Positions 28,829 through 40,087 of a stretch of 64,000 nucleotides of DNA are shown in pieces. A model generated the notes under the pieces. The model saw nothing but the letters and a program-made list of their open reading frames with translations. It had not been told where the DNA came from and ran no database searches. The stretch is from a bacterium (GTDB lineage Bacteria; UBA8248), in contig OY843592.1 in NCBI GenBank assembly GCA_963692865.2, forward strand, positions 3,264,001 through 3,328,000, read 5' to 3'. How positions within the stretch are numbered: the stretch's first letter is position 1; the number at the start of each line of letters is the position of its first letter. Made by a program: the position numbers and the translations under genes.

Positions 28829-29800
28829 CTAGCTGTACCGAATGCGCGGGTCGAGCCACGCATAGAGGATGTCGATGAACAGGTTCGTCAGGATGAATAC
28901 GACGGCCACGAGCATCACGAGCGATTGCGTCATGGTGTAGTCGTGGTTCGTCACCGACTCGACGAAGAGTTTCCCCAAACCGTTCAGGTTGAAGACCTGC
29001 TCGGTCACCACCAGCCCGCCCATCAGGAAGGCGAATTCCAGCCCGATAATCGTCGCCACGGGCAGGAGCGAGTTCTTGAGCGCGTGGCGGTTGATGATGA
29101 GCTTCTCAAGCAGCCCCTTGGCGCGGGCGGTGCGCACGTAATCCTCCCGCAGCACCTCCAGCAGGGCCGAGCGCGTCATGCGCGTGGCGACGGCCGAATA
29201 GCGGTAGCCCGTCGCGACGGCCGGCCAGATGAGTTGCGATATGTTGGCCACCGGGTCCTCCCATATCGGGGTGTAGTGAATCGGCGGCATCCAGGGATTT
29301 CCGAAGAATTTCTGCGTCATGATCAAGAGGCCGAGAATAATCAGGATGCCCAGCCAGAAGGAAGGCATGGCGATGCCTGCGATGCTGAACGTTCGTACGA
29401 CGTAGTCGATCCAGGTGTCCTGCTTGATGGCGGAGATCGTCCCCAGCGGAATGGCGATGATGGTGGCCGTGAGCGTCGCCATGATGGCGACCTGAAGCGA
29501 GAGTTCGAAGCGCAGGCCGATCTCATGCAGTATCGGCTTGCCCGTCCACATGGATTTTCCCAGGTCGAACGTGAAGAACCCGGTGATGAAGTCGACGAAC
29601 TGCACGTAGATGGGCGCGTCGATGCCCAAATTCTGCTGGCACGTCGCTATCGCTTCCTTGTCCACGTACATGCCCGTGCCCGCCATGCGGAGTTCACACA
29701 CGTCGCCGGGAATCAGTCGAAGCATGAAGAACACCAGCACCGCCGCTCCCAGGAGCGTGGGGAACATCAGCAGGATTCTCTTGATCGTGTATTTGTACAC
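28829..29800 (-). CDS. dppB: Peptide/nickel ABC permease
   Basis: IPGD, DLGKS, DYVRTARAKGL, LYAWLDPRI. Confidence 0.9.
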   Translation of the reverse strand: MYKYTIKRILLMFPTLLGAAVLVFFMLRLIPGDVCELRMAGTGMYVDKEAIATCQQNLGIDAPIYVQFVDFITGFFTFDLGKSMWTGKPILHEIGLRFELSLQVAIMATLTATIIAIPLGTISAIKQDTWIDYVVRTFSIAGIAMPSFWLGILIILGLLIMTQKFFGNPWMPPIHYTPIWEDPVANISQLIWPAVATGYRYSAVATRMTRSALLEVLREDYVRTARAKGLLEKLIINRHALKNSLLPVATIIGLEFAFLMGGLVVTEQVFNLNGLGKLFVESVTNHDYTMTQSLVMLVAVVFILTNLFIDILYAWLDPRIRYS

Positions 29801-29827
29801 TGCATGCGCCTTAGCGTTTTACTTTAT

Positions 29828-30056
29828 GGGGTTGTTGAAAAAACCCTCTCTGCCTCATCCTGAGTAGCGGCGAAGCCGCGTATCGAAGGTCAATCGCAAC
29901 CAATGCGAGAGCGATTGCCGCTCCCCCCGACGCGTTCGACTCCCCTCGCCCTTCGATACGCCGCCTCCGGCGGCTACTCAGGGTGAGGGCGATACGGCGG
30001 CGAGGCGGGGCGAGAGGAACGACCCCACTCCCAAAACCGGGTTTTTCAACAGCCCC
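29828..30056. mobile_element. MITE-like element with module B cargo and TTAT target duplication
   Basis: TTAT|GGGGTTGTTGAAAAA ... TTTTTCAACAGCCCC|TTAT. Confidence 0.88.
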
Positions 30057-30121
30057 TTATACGCGGTCCGCCCGCCCTTCCCCGCCGCCCGGCGACCCGG
30101 TCGGCGGGGAGGAGATGCGGC

Positions 30122-31744
30122 CTATTTGTCGATCCAGACGTTGTCCAGATGCTGGTTCAGATAGTGGCTCGGCGCTATCTTCCAGCCCTTCACGTAGCTG
30201 CGATGGGGGTTGATCTTGTACCACCAGAGCGTCACGAACTGGTGCGCCATCTCATCGAGCGCGCGCTTTTCATACTTGCGCATGATGGCGCGCTGCTTCT
30301 TCACGTCGGGTTCGCGGTTCATCTCCTCGAACCACTTGTCGAGCTTGCGATCCTGATACTGCGCGTACTGGTTGCCCGCCCTGTCGTCGGAGATGAACTT
30401 CGACACGTCGACCAGCGGATTGATGACCGACTGGCAGTTGAAGTCGATCGACACGTCGAAGTTCTTCTTCTTGCGCAGCGTGGCGTAGAAGGGACCTGAG
30501 GGCTGCACCCACTGCTTGACCTTGAGGCCGATCTTCCGCCACTGGTCGATGACCCAGGTGCCCACGACCTTGTAGGGCTGGTCCACGCCCCGGTTGTGCA
30601 GGGTGAACTCGAAGCCGCCCGGATAGCCGGCTTCCTTGAGCAGCCTCTTGGCCTCGGCGCGGGATTTGTTGATGTCCGGCCAGTAGCCTGCAATCTTCGT
30701 CAACTCCTCTTTCGTGGCCGCCAGGGGGTGTTTGGGGAAAACCACGCCGCCGACGGTCTTCACGATGGCGATGCGCGAGAGGTACTTCGAGCCGCCCCAG
30801 CGGTCGATCGCCAGCGTCAGCGCCCTGCGCACGCGCGCATCGTCGAAGGGCTTGCGCTTGTGGTTCGGCGTCACCATGAGGTTGCAGTTCCAGTCGCTCT
30901 CCTGGACGGTGAGCTTGTCCCCCAGCGCCTTCTTGAGGTCGTCACGCGCCTTGGGCGGGAATCCGCGGAATTCGATGGCCGCGCGGTCGCCGCGTATGGC
31001 CTGGAGGCGGATTGCCATCTTGGGAGCGGAGATCGCCCGGTAGCCGTCGAGATAGGGCTTGCCCTTGTGGTGGTATTTCTCATACCGCTTGCCCTCGACG
31101 AACGCGCCCGGCTGGTGCTGCACGAACTTGAAGGCGCCGGTGCCGTTCACGTTCTTCTGGTGCCACTTGTAGCCGTGCTTGTCGAGGTCGGCCTTCGAGT
31201 AGATGAAGTTGTAGGGCAGCGCCAGCGCGGGCACGAAGGCGCCCGTGGGATATTTCAGCTTGAAGACGAGCGTCTCGGCGTCCGGCGCGGTGACGGATTT
31301 CACCATGCTGAAAAACGCCTTGCGGTTGCTCTCGATGCCCTTGGGCGGGGTGATGATCTTGTCGTAAGTCGCCTTCACGTCCGCCGAGGTGAGTTTCTGG
31401 CCGTTGTGGAACGTGATGTCCTTGCGGATTTTGAAAGTGTACTTCGTGTGTCCTTCGGTCGGCTTCGGCACGCTCCCCTCGCACACGTCGCAGATGAAAT
31501 CGGTCGGCGAGGCGGGGTTGTCCGGATTCACGCGAATCAGCAGGCTGTAGAAGGGCCGAATCGGGTGAATCATCCCGAAGGTGGATTCGATGTGGCCGTC
31601 GTAGGATGGAATCTTGCTGCCGACGACGAACTTGAGCGTGCCGCCCTTCTTGGGGGCCGCCTCGGCGGGCGGAGCAAAGCTCCATGCCGCCAGAGCGAGC
31701 AGCGCCGCCCCTACAACCAGGGATTTAAGACGAGTGTTCCACAT
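30122..31744 (-). CDS. dppA: Family 5 ABC substrate-binding protein
   Basis: Signal peptide; YTFKIRKDITFHNG, NGTGAFKF, PFDDARVRRAL. Confidence 0.9.
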   Translation of the reverse strand: MWNTRLKSLVVGAALLALAAWSFAPPAEAAPKKGGTLKFVVGSKIPSYDGHIESTFGMIHPIRPFYSLLIRVNPDNPASPTDFICDVCEGSVPKPTEGHTKYTFKIRKDITFHNGQKLTSADVKATYDKIITPPKGIESNRKAFFSMVKSVTAPDAETLVFKLKYPTGAFVPALALPYNFIYSKADLDKHGYKWHQKNVNGTGAFKFVQHQPGAFVEGKRYEKYHHKGKPYLDGYRAISAPKMAIRLQAIRGDRAAIEFRGFPPKARDDLKKALGDKLTVQESDWNCNLMVTPNHKRKPFDDARVRRALTLAIDRWGGSKYLSRIAIVKTVGGVVFPKHPLAATKEELTKIAGYWPDINKSRAEAKRLLKEAGYPGGFEFTLHNRGVDQPYKVVGTWVIDQWRKIGLKVKQWVQPSGPFYATLRKKKNFDVSIDFNCQSVINPLVDVSKFISDDRAGNQYAQYQDRKLDKWFEEMNREPDVKKQRAIMRKYEKRALDEMAHQFVTLWWYKINPHRSYVKGWKIAPSHYLNQHLDNVWIDK

Positions 31745-31819
31745 AAGGTCTCTCCTTTTGGTGCTCGGTTGAAATGAATACATCGCAAATCGCTGAATAA
31801 AACAGCGTATTCAAGAATT

Positions 31820-32854
31820 TCAGACTTCCGTACAGGCCACCCAATGGCCTGGTTTTATCTCCCGCAAAACGGGAACTTCCCTCGAACAATTCTCTACGGC
31901 GATCGGGCATCGGGGGTGGAACACGCAGCCCGGCGGCGGATTTATCGGGCTGGGCACCTCACCCGTGACAATTCTGATGTCGCGTCCCTGCTCGACCTCC
32001 GGGTCCGGCACGGGAACGGCCGAAAGCAACGCCCTTGTGTAGGGGTGCATGGGATTATCGTACAACTCGTCGCAATCCGCCAACTCCACGATCCGGCCCA
32101 GATACATCACCGCCACGCGGTGGCACAAGTGGCGCACCACGCTCAAGTCGTGCGCGATGAACAGATAGGTGAGATTGTATTCGTCCCTCAAATCCTCGAG
32201 CAAATTGATGATCTGCGCCTGAATGGACACGTCGAGGGCCGAGACGGGCTCGTCGCAGATGATGAATTCGGGCTTCAAGCTCAAGGCGCGGGCGATTCCC
32301 ACGCGCTGGCGCTGCCCGCCGCTCATCTCGTGGGGATACCTGTCCGCCATCTTGGGGTTGAGCCCGCAGACGCTGAGCAGTTCGCTGACTCTCTGCTTTC
32401 GCTTCTGCGCGTCGGGTTCGATGCCGTGAACGTACATGGGCTCGTCTATCATCTCGCCGATCTTCATGCGCGGATTCAGCGAACTGTAGGGGTCCTGGAA
32501 GATGACCTGTATCTTCCGCCGGTATTCGCGCAGCGCGACCTGGTCGAGTTTCGCCAAGTCCACGCCCTCGAAGAATATCTCGCCCTCCGTGGGGCGTTCG
32601 AGCTGGAGGATGCACCTGCCCGTCGTCGTCTTGCCGCAGCCGCTCTCGCCCACGAGGCCCAGCGTCTCGCCCCGTCGGATGTGAAAGTCCACGCCGTCCA
32701 CCGCTTTCACGAGGCCGACGAGCTTGTTGAACACGATCCCCTCGGTGATGGGGAAGTGCATCTTGAGGCCCTTGACGTCCACGAGAACGTCCCCCGCCTC
32801 CCCGTTTCGGGAGAGTCGGGCGCCGCTTTCGAGAGTAGCTGCGTCGGCCGTCAT
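31820..32854 (-). CDS. dppF: Peptide ABC ATPase
   Basis: [29 protein letters not shown]. Confidence 0.92.
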   Translation of the reverse strand: MTADAATLESGARLSRNGEAGDVLVDVKGLKMHFPITEGIVFNKLVGLVKAVDGVDFHIRRGETLGLVGESGCGKTTTGRCILQLERPTEGEIFFEGVDLAKLDQVALREYRRKIQVIFQDPYSSLNPRMKIGEMIDEPMYVHGIEPDAQKRKQRVSELLSVCGLNPKMADRYPHEMSGGQRQRVGIARALSLKPEFIICDEPVSALDVSIQAQIINLLEDLRDEYNLTYLFIAHDLSVVRHLCHRVAVMYLGRIVELADCDELYDNPMHPYTRALLSAVPVPDPEVEQGRDIRIVTGEVPSPINPPPGCVFHPRCPIAVENCSREVPVLREIKPGHWVACTEV

Positions 32855-32858
32855 TCGC

Positions 32859-33848
32859 TCATCCTCCCGCCGTTTCGAGGTTTCCCTTTTCCCAACAGGC
32901 GGCGAGATGGCCGTTCCCGATAGTTTCGAGCGGCGGAATCTCGCTTTCGCACCTGTCCGCGGCGAACTTGCACCGGGGCAAAAAAGAGCAGCCCCCGCCC
33001 AGCCGCGTGAGGTCGGGCGGCTGTCCGTCGATGGGGTCAAGGCGCTTTTGCCTGGGCTGGTCGAGCCTCGGCACCGAACTCAGCAGCCCCAGGGTGTATG
33101 GATGCCTCGGTTCGCGGTAGATGTCCGCCGCAAGGCCGCGCTCGATGATCTTTCCGGCGTACATGACGTTCACGCGGTCCGCGTAGCGGGCCACGACGCC
33201 CAAGTTGTGCGTGATGATGATGAGCGCAACGCCCATGCGTTTGGTGAGGTCCTTCATCAACTCCAGAATCTGGGCCTGTATGGTGACGTCCAGGGCCGTC
33301 GTCGGCTCATCGGCGATGATGAGCTTGGGCTCGCAGCAAAGCGCCATCGCGATCATCACCCTCTGGCGCATTCCGCCGCTCAGGTGGTGCGGGTACTGCC
33401 GGATTCGCCGCTCGGGCTCGGAGATTCCCACGAGGCGGAGATATTCGACCGCCTTTTTCTCCGCATCGGCCCTGTCCATGCCGATGTGGTGCTCCATCGT
33501 CTCGGTGAGCTGCAGCCCGATGGTCAGCACGGGGTTCAGGGAAGTCATGGGCTCCTGGAAGATCATGCCGATCTGGCGGCCCCGGATGTTCCTGATCTGG
33601 ATGTCGTCGAGCCGGATCAGATCGTCGCCCAGAAAGCGTATCGCTCCCCCGACGATGCGGCCGGGCGGATTCGGTATGAGGCCGAGAACGGAGAGCGCGC
33701 TGACAGACTTCCCGCAGCCCGACTCGCCGACTATCGCCACCGTCTCGCCTTCCTGCACGTCGTAGGAGATGCCGTCGACCGCCTTGACGACGCCGGAGGA
33801 GGTGAAAAAATGCGTTCTCAAGTCCTCGATTTCCAGAAGCGCGCTCAA
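32859..33848 (-). CDS. dppD: Peptide ABC ATPase
   Basis: [26 protein letters not shown]. Confidence 0.92.
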   Translation of the reverse strand: MSALLEIEDLRTHFFTSSGVVKAVDGISYDVQEGETVAIVGESGCGKSVSALSVLGLIPNPPGRIVGGAIRFLGDDLIRLDDIQIRNIRGRQIGMIFQEPMTSLNPVLTIGLQLTETMEHHIGMDRADAEKKAVEYLRLVGISEPERRIRQYPHHLSGGMRQRVMIAMALCCEPKLIIADEPTTALDVTIQAQILELMKDLTKRMGVALIIITHNLGVVARYADRVNVMYAGKIIERGLAADIYREPRHPYTLGLLSSVPRLDQPRQKRLDPIDGQPPDLTRLGGGCSFLPRCKFAADRCESEIPPLETIGNGHLAACWEKGNLETAGG

Positions 33849-34026
33849 AGACCCCTACCCTTACGAAAACAGCCGGAAACAATCCCGAAAAATGTCATTT
33901 GAATCTTGGTGAATTCAAGGTACGGAGAACACTAAATCTTGTTGAAGGCAAAGTCAATCGGCGATTTTCGGCCTGCGGACGAAGCCTTTCTACGGGATCA
34001 AACCGTGGCGCGAAACGCGGCGTCAG

Positions 34027-34289
34027 GGGGTTGTTGAAAAAGTCCTCCAGGGGGAAATGATGTCCCAAAGAGCGCCGCCCGATGCGGGAAGGTGGTTTTG
34101 CTCCTCGCTTTTGATCGTCATTCCGGCGAAAGCCGGAATCCATTTACGGGTGCGGGTGAATGAAAGACGGCTTTTCATTCCCCGCCTATGCGCGGGAACC
34201 CTGACGAAAGGCAAAAGGCGTAAAAATGGATTCCGGCTTTCGCCGGAATGACGGCAAACCCTCCTACATCGAGGTTTTTCAACAACCCC
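34027..34289. mobile_element. MITE-like element with module A cargo
   Basis: GGGGTTGTTGAAAAA ... TTTTTCAACAACCCC perfect 15-bp TIRs. Confidence 0.87.
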
Positions 34290-34290
34290 A

Positions 34291-36402
34291 TCAAGCATCG
34301 TTTCCGGTGATGACGAGCCCATCCGCCACCAGGCACCCCCCGCCCCTCTCGCGCAGAAAAACGGGGTTCAAATCCATCTCCTCAATCCGCCCGCGGTGGG
34401 CGAAAGCGGCGTCTCCCAGGAGGCATACGGCCTCGGCGAACGCTGTTTTATCCAGCGGCCCGCGCCCCCGGCGGCTCTCGAAAACCTTCTTGCACTTGAG
34501 TTCATCCATCATCTCGTTGGCGTCATCGAGCGTGAGCGGGGCGACGCGCATGCTCACGTCGTCGAGTAGCTCCACATCCAGGCCGCCGAGTCCAATCGTC
34601 ACCACAAGACCGAACTGTGGGTCCCTTTTCACACCGAGCAAGAATTCCACACCGCCCTCGACCTGCTCCTGAAGCAGGTAGCCCTCCAGTTCGCACGCCT
34701 CCCGCAGTCTAGCGACCTCGGCGAGCGCGCCTTCGAGCGCCGCCTCATCGCCGAGGCCCGTTTTCACCAGTCCCCGCTCCGTTTTGTGGTGAATTTTCGA
34801 GGACACGCCCTTCAAAACGAGGGGAAATCGCAAATCACGCGCCGCGCGGCGAACCTCCTCACCCGAACGGCAGAACCGGTGCGCCACAACGGGCAAGCCA
34901 AAATCACGAGCGAGAGCCAGGCTTTGCGCCTCGTTCAGGACGCTCGCACTCGATAGTTTTTCCGCAATCAAGGGAGATGACGCTTGATACGCGGAGCGGG
35001 ATGCGCTTTTTCGCTCTCTTTTCAACACCTTCTCATATCGAACCAGGGCGGCCGCCGCGTGCGCGCAGCCCGGGATGGACTGAAAAGAGGCGATCCCCTC
35101 CCCCGCGAGCAGCCTGTGCGCATGCTCCGCATGGGGATTGAAATAGGCCAGCATGGGAACGCCGGGGTTCGTTTGCTTCAAGCGCACGATGGGCTCGACC
35201 CCCATCCCGGGCTTGAACTGCGCGCTCGAACCCACGATGGGAATCACCACGTCGAAGCAGCCGCTCTTGAGATAAGATTCGAGAAAATCAGAATACAGGT
35301 GAATGTCGGCGATGGTGGTGTCGAGCGGGTTCTCCATCCGCCCGAAGGCGGGGTGTTTTTCCTTCATTCGGGTACGGAGCGCGTCATCCACCTCGGCGAT
35401 TTCGAGGCCCAAGGCGCCGCACTTGTCGGCCATCAAGGCGCCGGCGCCGCCCGTCGTCGTTACGACTCCCAGTCTATTGCCTTCGGGAAGCGCCGAGACG
35501 CAGAACATGTGGGCGACCTCGAAAAGCGCTTCGAGGTCATCCACCCGCGCGACGCCCCACTTTCGGAACAGCGCCTCATATACCCTGTCCTCACCCACCA
35601 TGGCCCCCGTGTGGCTCAGGGCCGCTCGCTCCCCCTCGCGCGCTTCGCCCACTTTCAGCACGACCAGGGGTTTTTCCCGCCTCAGGGCCTTTTGGAGAAC
35701 TTTTTTGAACTTCTCCCCGTCGCGCACGCCTTCGAGATATACCGCGATGGCGCGGGTGTGGGGGTCGTCAATGAGATAATCGAGATAATCGGAGACCTCC
35801 AGGTCCATCTCGTTGCCGCAGGAGATGAGATGACTGAAGCCGACCCCGCGCTGCGTCGCGCGCGAGAGCAGCGCGCCGCCGATGCTTCCGCTCTGGCAGA
35901 CCACCCCGATGCCCCCGGGCAGCATCTCCTCCACGTCGAGCGCTATCAGGCCCGCCAGATGAAAATTGTGATGAAAGTTGTGCACGCCCGCCGTGTTCGG
36001 CCCGCAGACGCGGATGCCGGAATCCCGGGCGATGCGCTGGATTTCGGCTTCCAGGCGCGCGCCCGCCTCATCCGACTCGGAAAAACCGCCGGTATAGATG
36101 ATGGCCGCGCCCACCCCCGCCCCTGCGCATTGGCGCAGCACGCCCGCAACGCGCTCTCGTCCCACGGTGATGAAGGCGACGTCCGGCCCTTCGGGGAGCG
36201 CATCGAGCCTCGGCAGACAGCGCAGGCCGGCCACTTCTTCGTATTTGGGGTTTACGGGATAGACCCTGCCCGCAAATCCGTGGCGCAGGAGATTCTTCGC
36301 CACGCGGCCGTTGAATTGCTCCAGGTTCGCCGACGCTCCGACGATGGCTACCGACTCAGGTTTAAGAAGGCGCGCAAGGCTCTCGGTGGTTGCGGTCTGC
36401 AT
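34291..36402 (-). CDS. NDP-forming acyl-CoA synthetase (acetate-CoA ligase family, fused)
   Basis: PESVAIVGAS, YPVNP, GPN, QSG, SHTG phospho-His motif, HKTE, DLNP. Confidence 0.9.
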   Translation of the reverse strand: MQTATTESLARLLKPESVAIVGASANLEQFNGRVAKNLLRHGFAGRVYPVNPKYEEVAGLRCLPRLDALPEGPDVAFITVGRERVAGVLRQCAGAGVGAAIIYTGGFSESDEAGARLEAEIQRIARDSGIRVCGPNTAGVHNFHHNFHLAGLIALDVEEMLPGGIGVVCQSGSIGGALLSRATQRGVGFSHLISCGNEMDLEVSDYLDYLIDDPHTRAIAVYLEGVRDGEKFKKVLQKALRREKPLVVLKVGEAREGERAALSHTGAMVGEDRVYEALFRKWGVARVDDLEALFEVAHMFCVSALPEGNRLGVVTTTGGAGALMADKCGALGLEIAEVDDALRTRMKEKHPAFGRMENPLDTTIADIHLYSDFLESYLKSGCFDVVIPIVGSSAQFKPGMGVEPIVRLKQTNPGVPMLAYFNPHAEHAHRLLAGEGIASFQSIPGCAHAAAALVRYEKVLKRERKSASRSAYQASSPLIAEKLSSASVLNEAQSLALARDFGLPVVAHRFCRSGEEVRRAARDLRFPLVLKGVSSKIHHKTERGLVKTGLGDEAALEGALAEVARLREACELEGYLLQEQVEGGVEFLLGVKRDPQFGLVVTIGLGGLDVELLDDVSMRVAPLTLDDANEMMDELKCKKVFESRRGRGPLDKTAFAEAVCLLGDAAFAHRGRIEEMDLNPVFLRERGGGCLVADGLVITGNDA

Positions 36403-36440
36403 GATCAGGAGAATTCCCTAAAATTCATGGCGAGCGAAAA

Positions 36441-37592
36441 CTACGCCTTCGGCGGGCGCTGGCTGAAGGGCCGCTCGTAGATCAGGGAGGCCAGGCGGTT
36501 TCTCAGCATCTCGGTGGAGCCTCCCGCGATGGACCATCCGCGAATCTTGCGGTAGAGAAATTCGAGCGGCATCTCGGTCGAAAAGCCGTAGCCGCCGTGA
36601 AGTTGAATCGCGTCGTCCGCCACTTGGCGCGCCATCTCGTTGCAGTAGAGCTTGGCGCTCGTCGTCTCCAGGGCGGAGGGCAGGCCCGCGCGCGCGTTCG
36701 ATAGCGCCCGGTAGAGGAGCAGGCGCGCCGCCTCGAGTTTGACCCGCATGTCCGCCACCATCCACTGCACTCCCTGAAACTCGCACAGGGGGCGGCCGAA
36801 CTGCCGCCTCTCGCCGGTGTGGGCGACCGTCAAGTCGTAGGCCGCCTGCGCCAGGGCAAGGCAGCGCGTGGCGTTTCCGAGCCGCTCCACGTTGAACACG
36901 GGCATGAGCACCCGGAAACCCTCCTCATCCACCAGCACGTTCTCCCTGGGGATGCGCGCGTTCTCGAAATGAAGCGCGCAGTGCGCCTCCCCGCTCATGT
37001 AGTGTTCGGTCTTTCCCTTCGTGAAGCCGGGCGTTCCCGTTTCGACCACGACGGCGCCACAATCCCGCGTCCTGGGGCCGAAGCGGACGTAGACGACGAA
37101 CAAGTCCGCGTGCGGGGCGTTCGAGCTGAAGCACTTCCGGCCGTTCACGAGCACGCTCTCGCCGTCATATTCCGCCGTGGTCTGCAAGTCCGTGGCAGCC
37201 GAGCCGGCGTCCGGCTCCGTCATGCTGATGGAGACGATCTTCTCCCCACGGCATATCGGCGGCAGAAACTGATCTTTCTGCTCGGCGGAGCCCAACTCGT
37301 CTATCACGCGGATGGGTCCCATGTTCCCCATCTGCACCACGTCGCCGCTGTGGGGACACACCTGAGAGACCGCCTCCATCACCAGGCAGGCTTCGAAAAT
37401 CGATTGCCCCTCGCCGTGGGGTTCGGCCACCGTCATCCCCATCATGCCGTGCTCGGCCAGCACCTTCATGGAGCGCCGGGGGTACTCGCCCGTTCGCGCA
37501 TAGGAGAAGGCGTCGCCGGCGAACTCCCTCAAGGCCAGCTCCCGAGCCGTCTGCCGGAGCAGGCGGTCCGATTCTTCGAGACTGAAATCCAC
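36441..37592 (-). CDS. Acyl-CoA dehydrogenase
   Basis: MTEPDAGS, NGRKCF, RRQFGRPL..FQ, QLHGGYGF. Confidence 0.92.
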   Translation of the reverse strand: MDFSLEESDRLLRQTARELALREFAGDAFSYARTGEYPRRSMKVLAEHGMMGMTVAEPHGEGQSIFEACLVMEAVSQVCPHSGDVVQMGNMGPIRVIDELGSAEQKDQFLPPICRGEKIVSISMTEPDAGSAATDLQTTAEYDGESVLVNGRKCFSSNAPHADLFVVYVRFGPRTRDCGAVVVETGTPGFTKGKTEHYMSGEAHCALHFENARIPRENVLVDEEGFRVLMPVFNVERLGNATRCLALAQAAYDLTVAHTGERRQFGRPLCEFQGVQWMVADMRVKLEAARLLLYRALSNARAGLPSALETTSAKLYCNEMARQVADDAIQLHGGYGFSTEMPLEFLYRKIRGWSIAGGSTEMLRNRLASLIYERPFSQRPPKA

Positions 37593-37848
37593 GTAATCTC
37601 CTTTTCAATCCGCTCAAGTGATGCCGCCGATAATGACTGAATGCGCTCCCCGGCCCAGAGATTCGCCTTACCGGGGCATGCGCGGCGCCTCCAAGTTTTA
37701 CAACACCTTTGCTTTCGAGGCGAGACGATGGCGCACACTGCTGGAGCCATGCCGCACCGCGATCAAAACGCCCCCGCTAATTCCGTTTTGCTCGCCCCCC
37801 GAATTGCTCTACAATTCCCTGAATCCATCACCCGTCCGGGAGTCCGCG

Positions 37849-38550
37849 ATGACAGCATCTGAAGAAGCCCAATTCCGCGTCGGCCTTCTGGTTCCCTCCT
37901 CGAACGCCACGATGGAGCGCGATTTTCACAGGAACCTGCCCGAGGAAGTCCACGTCGCCACCTCGCGCATGTTCCTGGACGAGACGACGAAACAGGCCGA
38001 AATCCGCATGCTCGAGGAATCCCTGCCCGAGGCGAACCGGATGCTCAAGACGGTCGCGCCGCATTTCTGCGTCTTCGGCTGCACGTCCGGCGGCGCGCTC
38101 TTCGGGCAGTCGCATGATAAGAAAATACAGGCGCAAATCGAGGAGGAAACCGGCGCCGAGACGGCCACCATTCTCTCGGCGCTCGCCCGTGAATTCGACG
38201 ACATGAACGCGAAAAAACTCGTGGTGCTCACCCCCTACGTCGATGAACTGAACGCGCCCATACGCGCTTCGCTCGAGGAAGACGGGCTGGAAGTCCTCTC
38301 GATAGACGGCATGGGAATAACGGACAACATCGAAATCGGCAACACGCGGGCGGATAAAATCCTCAAATTCGCGGACGAGAAGCTCTCCACGCAAAACCTC
38401 AAAAAAGCGGACTGCCTTTTCATCTCCTGCACGAACCTGCCCGCCGTAGACGCGCTGCCGGAGATTCAGACCCGCTACCCCGGCCTGCCCGTGATGACGA
38501 GCAACCTGGCCGCTCTCATGGCCGTGCGCAGAAAATTGGACGGAGAATAG
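37849..38550 (+). CDS. Maleate cis-trans isomerase / Asp-Glu racemase superfamily protein
   Basis: GLLVPSSNATME, GCTSG, TPY, SCTNL (two catalytic Cys). Confidence 0.88.
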   Translation: MTASEEAQFRVGLLVPSSNATMERDFHRNLPEEVHVATSRMFLDETTKQAEIRMLEESLPEANRMLKTVAPHFCVFGCTSGGALFGQSHDKKIQAQIEEETGAETATILSALAREFDDMNAKKLVVLTPYVDELNAPIRASLEEDGLEVLSIDGMGITDNIEIGNTRADKILKFADEKLSTQNLKKADCLFISCTNLPAVDALPEIQTRYPGLPVMTSNLAALMAVRRKLDGE

Positions 38551-38710
38551 CGCCGCACCCCAGGTGTGTCTTCGTCTTTCTGTGATAGGAAAACCGGTGT
38601 AGGATGCGAACTCGTTATTTCGACATCACGGCATCCGGCATCAGGGCCTCTCGGGGCGTGTGTTCAGTAGCAGGATGCGCATGAACTTCACCAGAATGGA
38701 GTGACCTACT

Positions 38711-40087
38711 TTGGAAGCGCGCGTACTTTCTCCTTGCGGCGTCATCGGCTCTGGTTTCCCCGAAAGCTCATTCGAGCGCGGACTGTCCATGAAGCCCCAC
38801 GTCATCGCCTGCGACGGGGGCTCGACGGACAACGGACCGGCATTTCTGGGCGCGGGAAAACCGAACTTCTCCAGATCGGCGACCAAACGCGATCTCAAGC
38901 TCATGCTCCAGGGGCGCGAGAGCCTGGGCGTTCCCGTTATCGTGGGTTCATGCGGCACGGCGGGCGGCGACGCGGGTCTGGAATGGATGCGCGACATTTG
39001 TCTGGAAATCGCCCGCGAGGAGGGCCTGAACTTCAAACTCGCCCTGGTCCGAGGCGAACAGGATAAGGCCTATCTCAAGAAAAGATACAAAGAGGGCCGC
39101 ATCCAGGCGCTCGACCCGGCTCCCCCGCTCGATGAGGAAATTATCGACAAAAGCGCGCACATCGTGGGGATGATGGGGGATGAACCCATCGCCCGCGCGC
39201 TCGATGAGGGAGCGGACGTGGTGCTGACCGGCAGGGCTTCGGACACCTCGGTCTTCGCCTGCCACCCCGTGCGAATGGGCGCGGACAGGGGCCTCGCCTG
39301 GCATGCGGCGAAGATACTCGAGTGCGGCGCGGCCTGCGCGGTGCACCGGGCGCGGCCGGACGGCTGTTTCGCCTGGATTCGCGACGATCACTTCGTGGTC
39401 GAGCCGCTCAACCCGCAGATGTACTGCACCCCGCAGAGCGTGGCCTCGCACACCCTGTATGAGAACACCGATCCTTTCTTCATCACCGAGCCCGCGGGCG
39501 TCCTCGACACGAGCCATTCTACCTACTCGGCGGAAAGCGAGCGCGCCGTGCGCGTGAAAGGTTCCGAATTCCATACGGCGGAGCGTTATTCCATCAAGCT
39601 CGAGGGGGCGGAACTCGTCGGCTACCAGTCGGTGATCATCGGCGGGGTGCGCGACCCCATGATCCTCAAGCAACTCGACTCCTGGCTCGACGGCATCCGG
39701 GAGGGCTTCGAGACGCGCGTTCAGGAAATCTTCCCCGACCGCGAAACGCCGCCCACCCATCAACTCAACATCCGCGTGTTCGGGCGCGACGCCGTGATGG
39801 GAGCGCTCGAACCAGAGGCAAGCCGGATTCCGCATGAGGTGGGCGTACTCTTCGAGGTGACGGCGGAGGATCAGGTATCCGCCGGCACGATGGCGGCCAC
39901 GCTGGCCCATTTCGCGCTTCACTACCCCATCCCCGAGTGGAGCGGCCTCATCTCGACGCTGGCGTTTCCCTTCACGCCTGCGGAACTCGAAAAAGGCCCC
40001 GTCTTCCGCTTCAACCTGAACCACGTCGTCTATCCCGACGACCCCTACGAGATGTTCCCCGCCGAGATGATGGAGGTGGCGAACTGA
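38711..40087 (+). CDS. AtuA (DUF1446) family protein
   Basis: DGGSTDNGP.FLG, VGSCGTAG, GRASD, WHAAKILECG, HTLYEN. Confidence 0.85.
   Translation: MEARVLSPCGVIGSGFPESSFERGLSMKPHVIACDGGSTDNGPAFLGAGKPNFSRSATKRDLKLMLQGRESLGVPVIVGSCGTAGGDAGLEWMRDICLEIAREEGLNFKLALVRGEQDKAYLKKRYKEGRIQALDPAPPLDEEIIDKSAHIVGMMGDEPIARALDEGADVVLTGRASDTSVFACHPVRMGADRGLAWHAAKILECGAACAVHRARPDGCFAWIRDDHFVVEPLNPQMYCTPQSVASHTLYENTDPFFITEPAGVLDTSHSTYSAESERAVRVKGSEFHTAERYSIKLEGAELVGYQSVIIGGVRDPMILKQLDSWLDGIREGFETRVQEIFPDRETPPTHQLNIRVFGRDAVMGALEPEASRIPHEVGVLFEVTAEDQVSAGTMAATLAHFALHYPIPEWSGLISTLAFPFTPAELEKGPVFRFNLNHVVYPDDPYEMFPAEMMEVAN

Noticed and set aside
34195-34225. Hammerhead ribozyme suggested by CTGACGA (also near 27607, 52477, 59267)
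   Set aside because: No stem II followed by a separate GAAA, and no stem III/cleavage triplet could be assembled.
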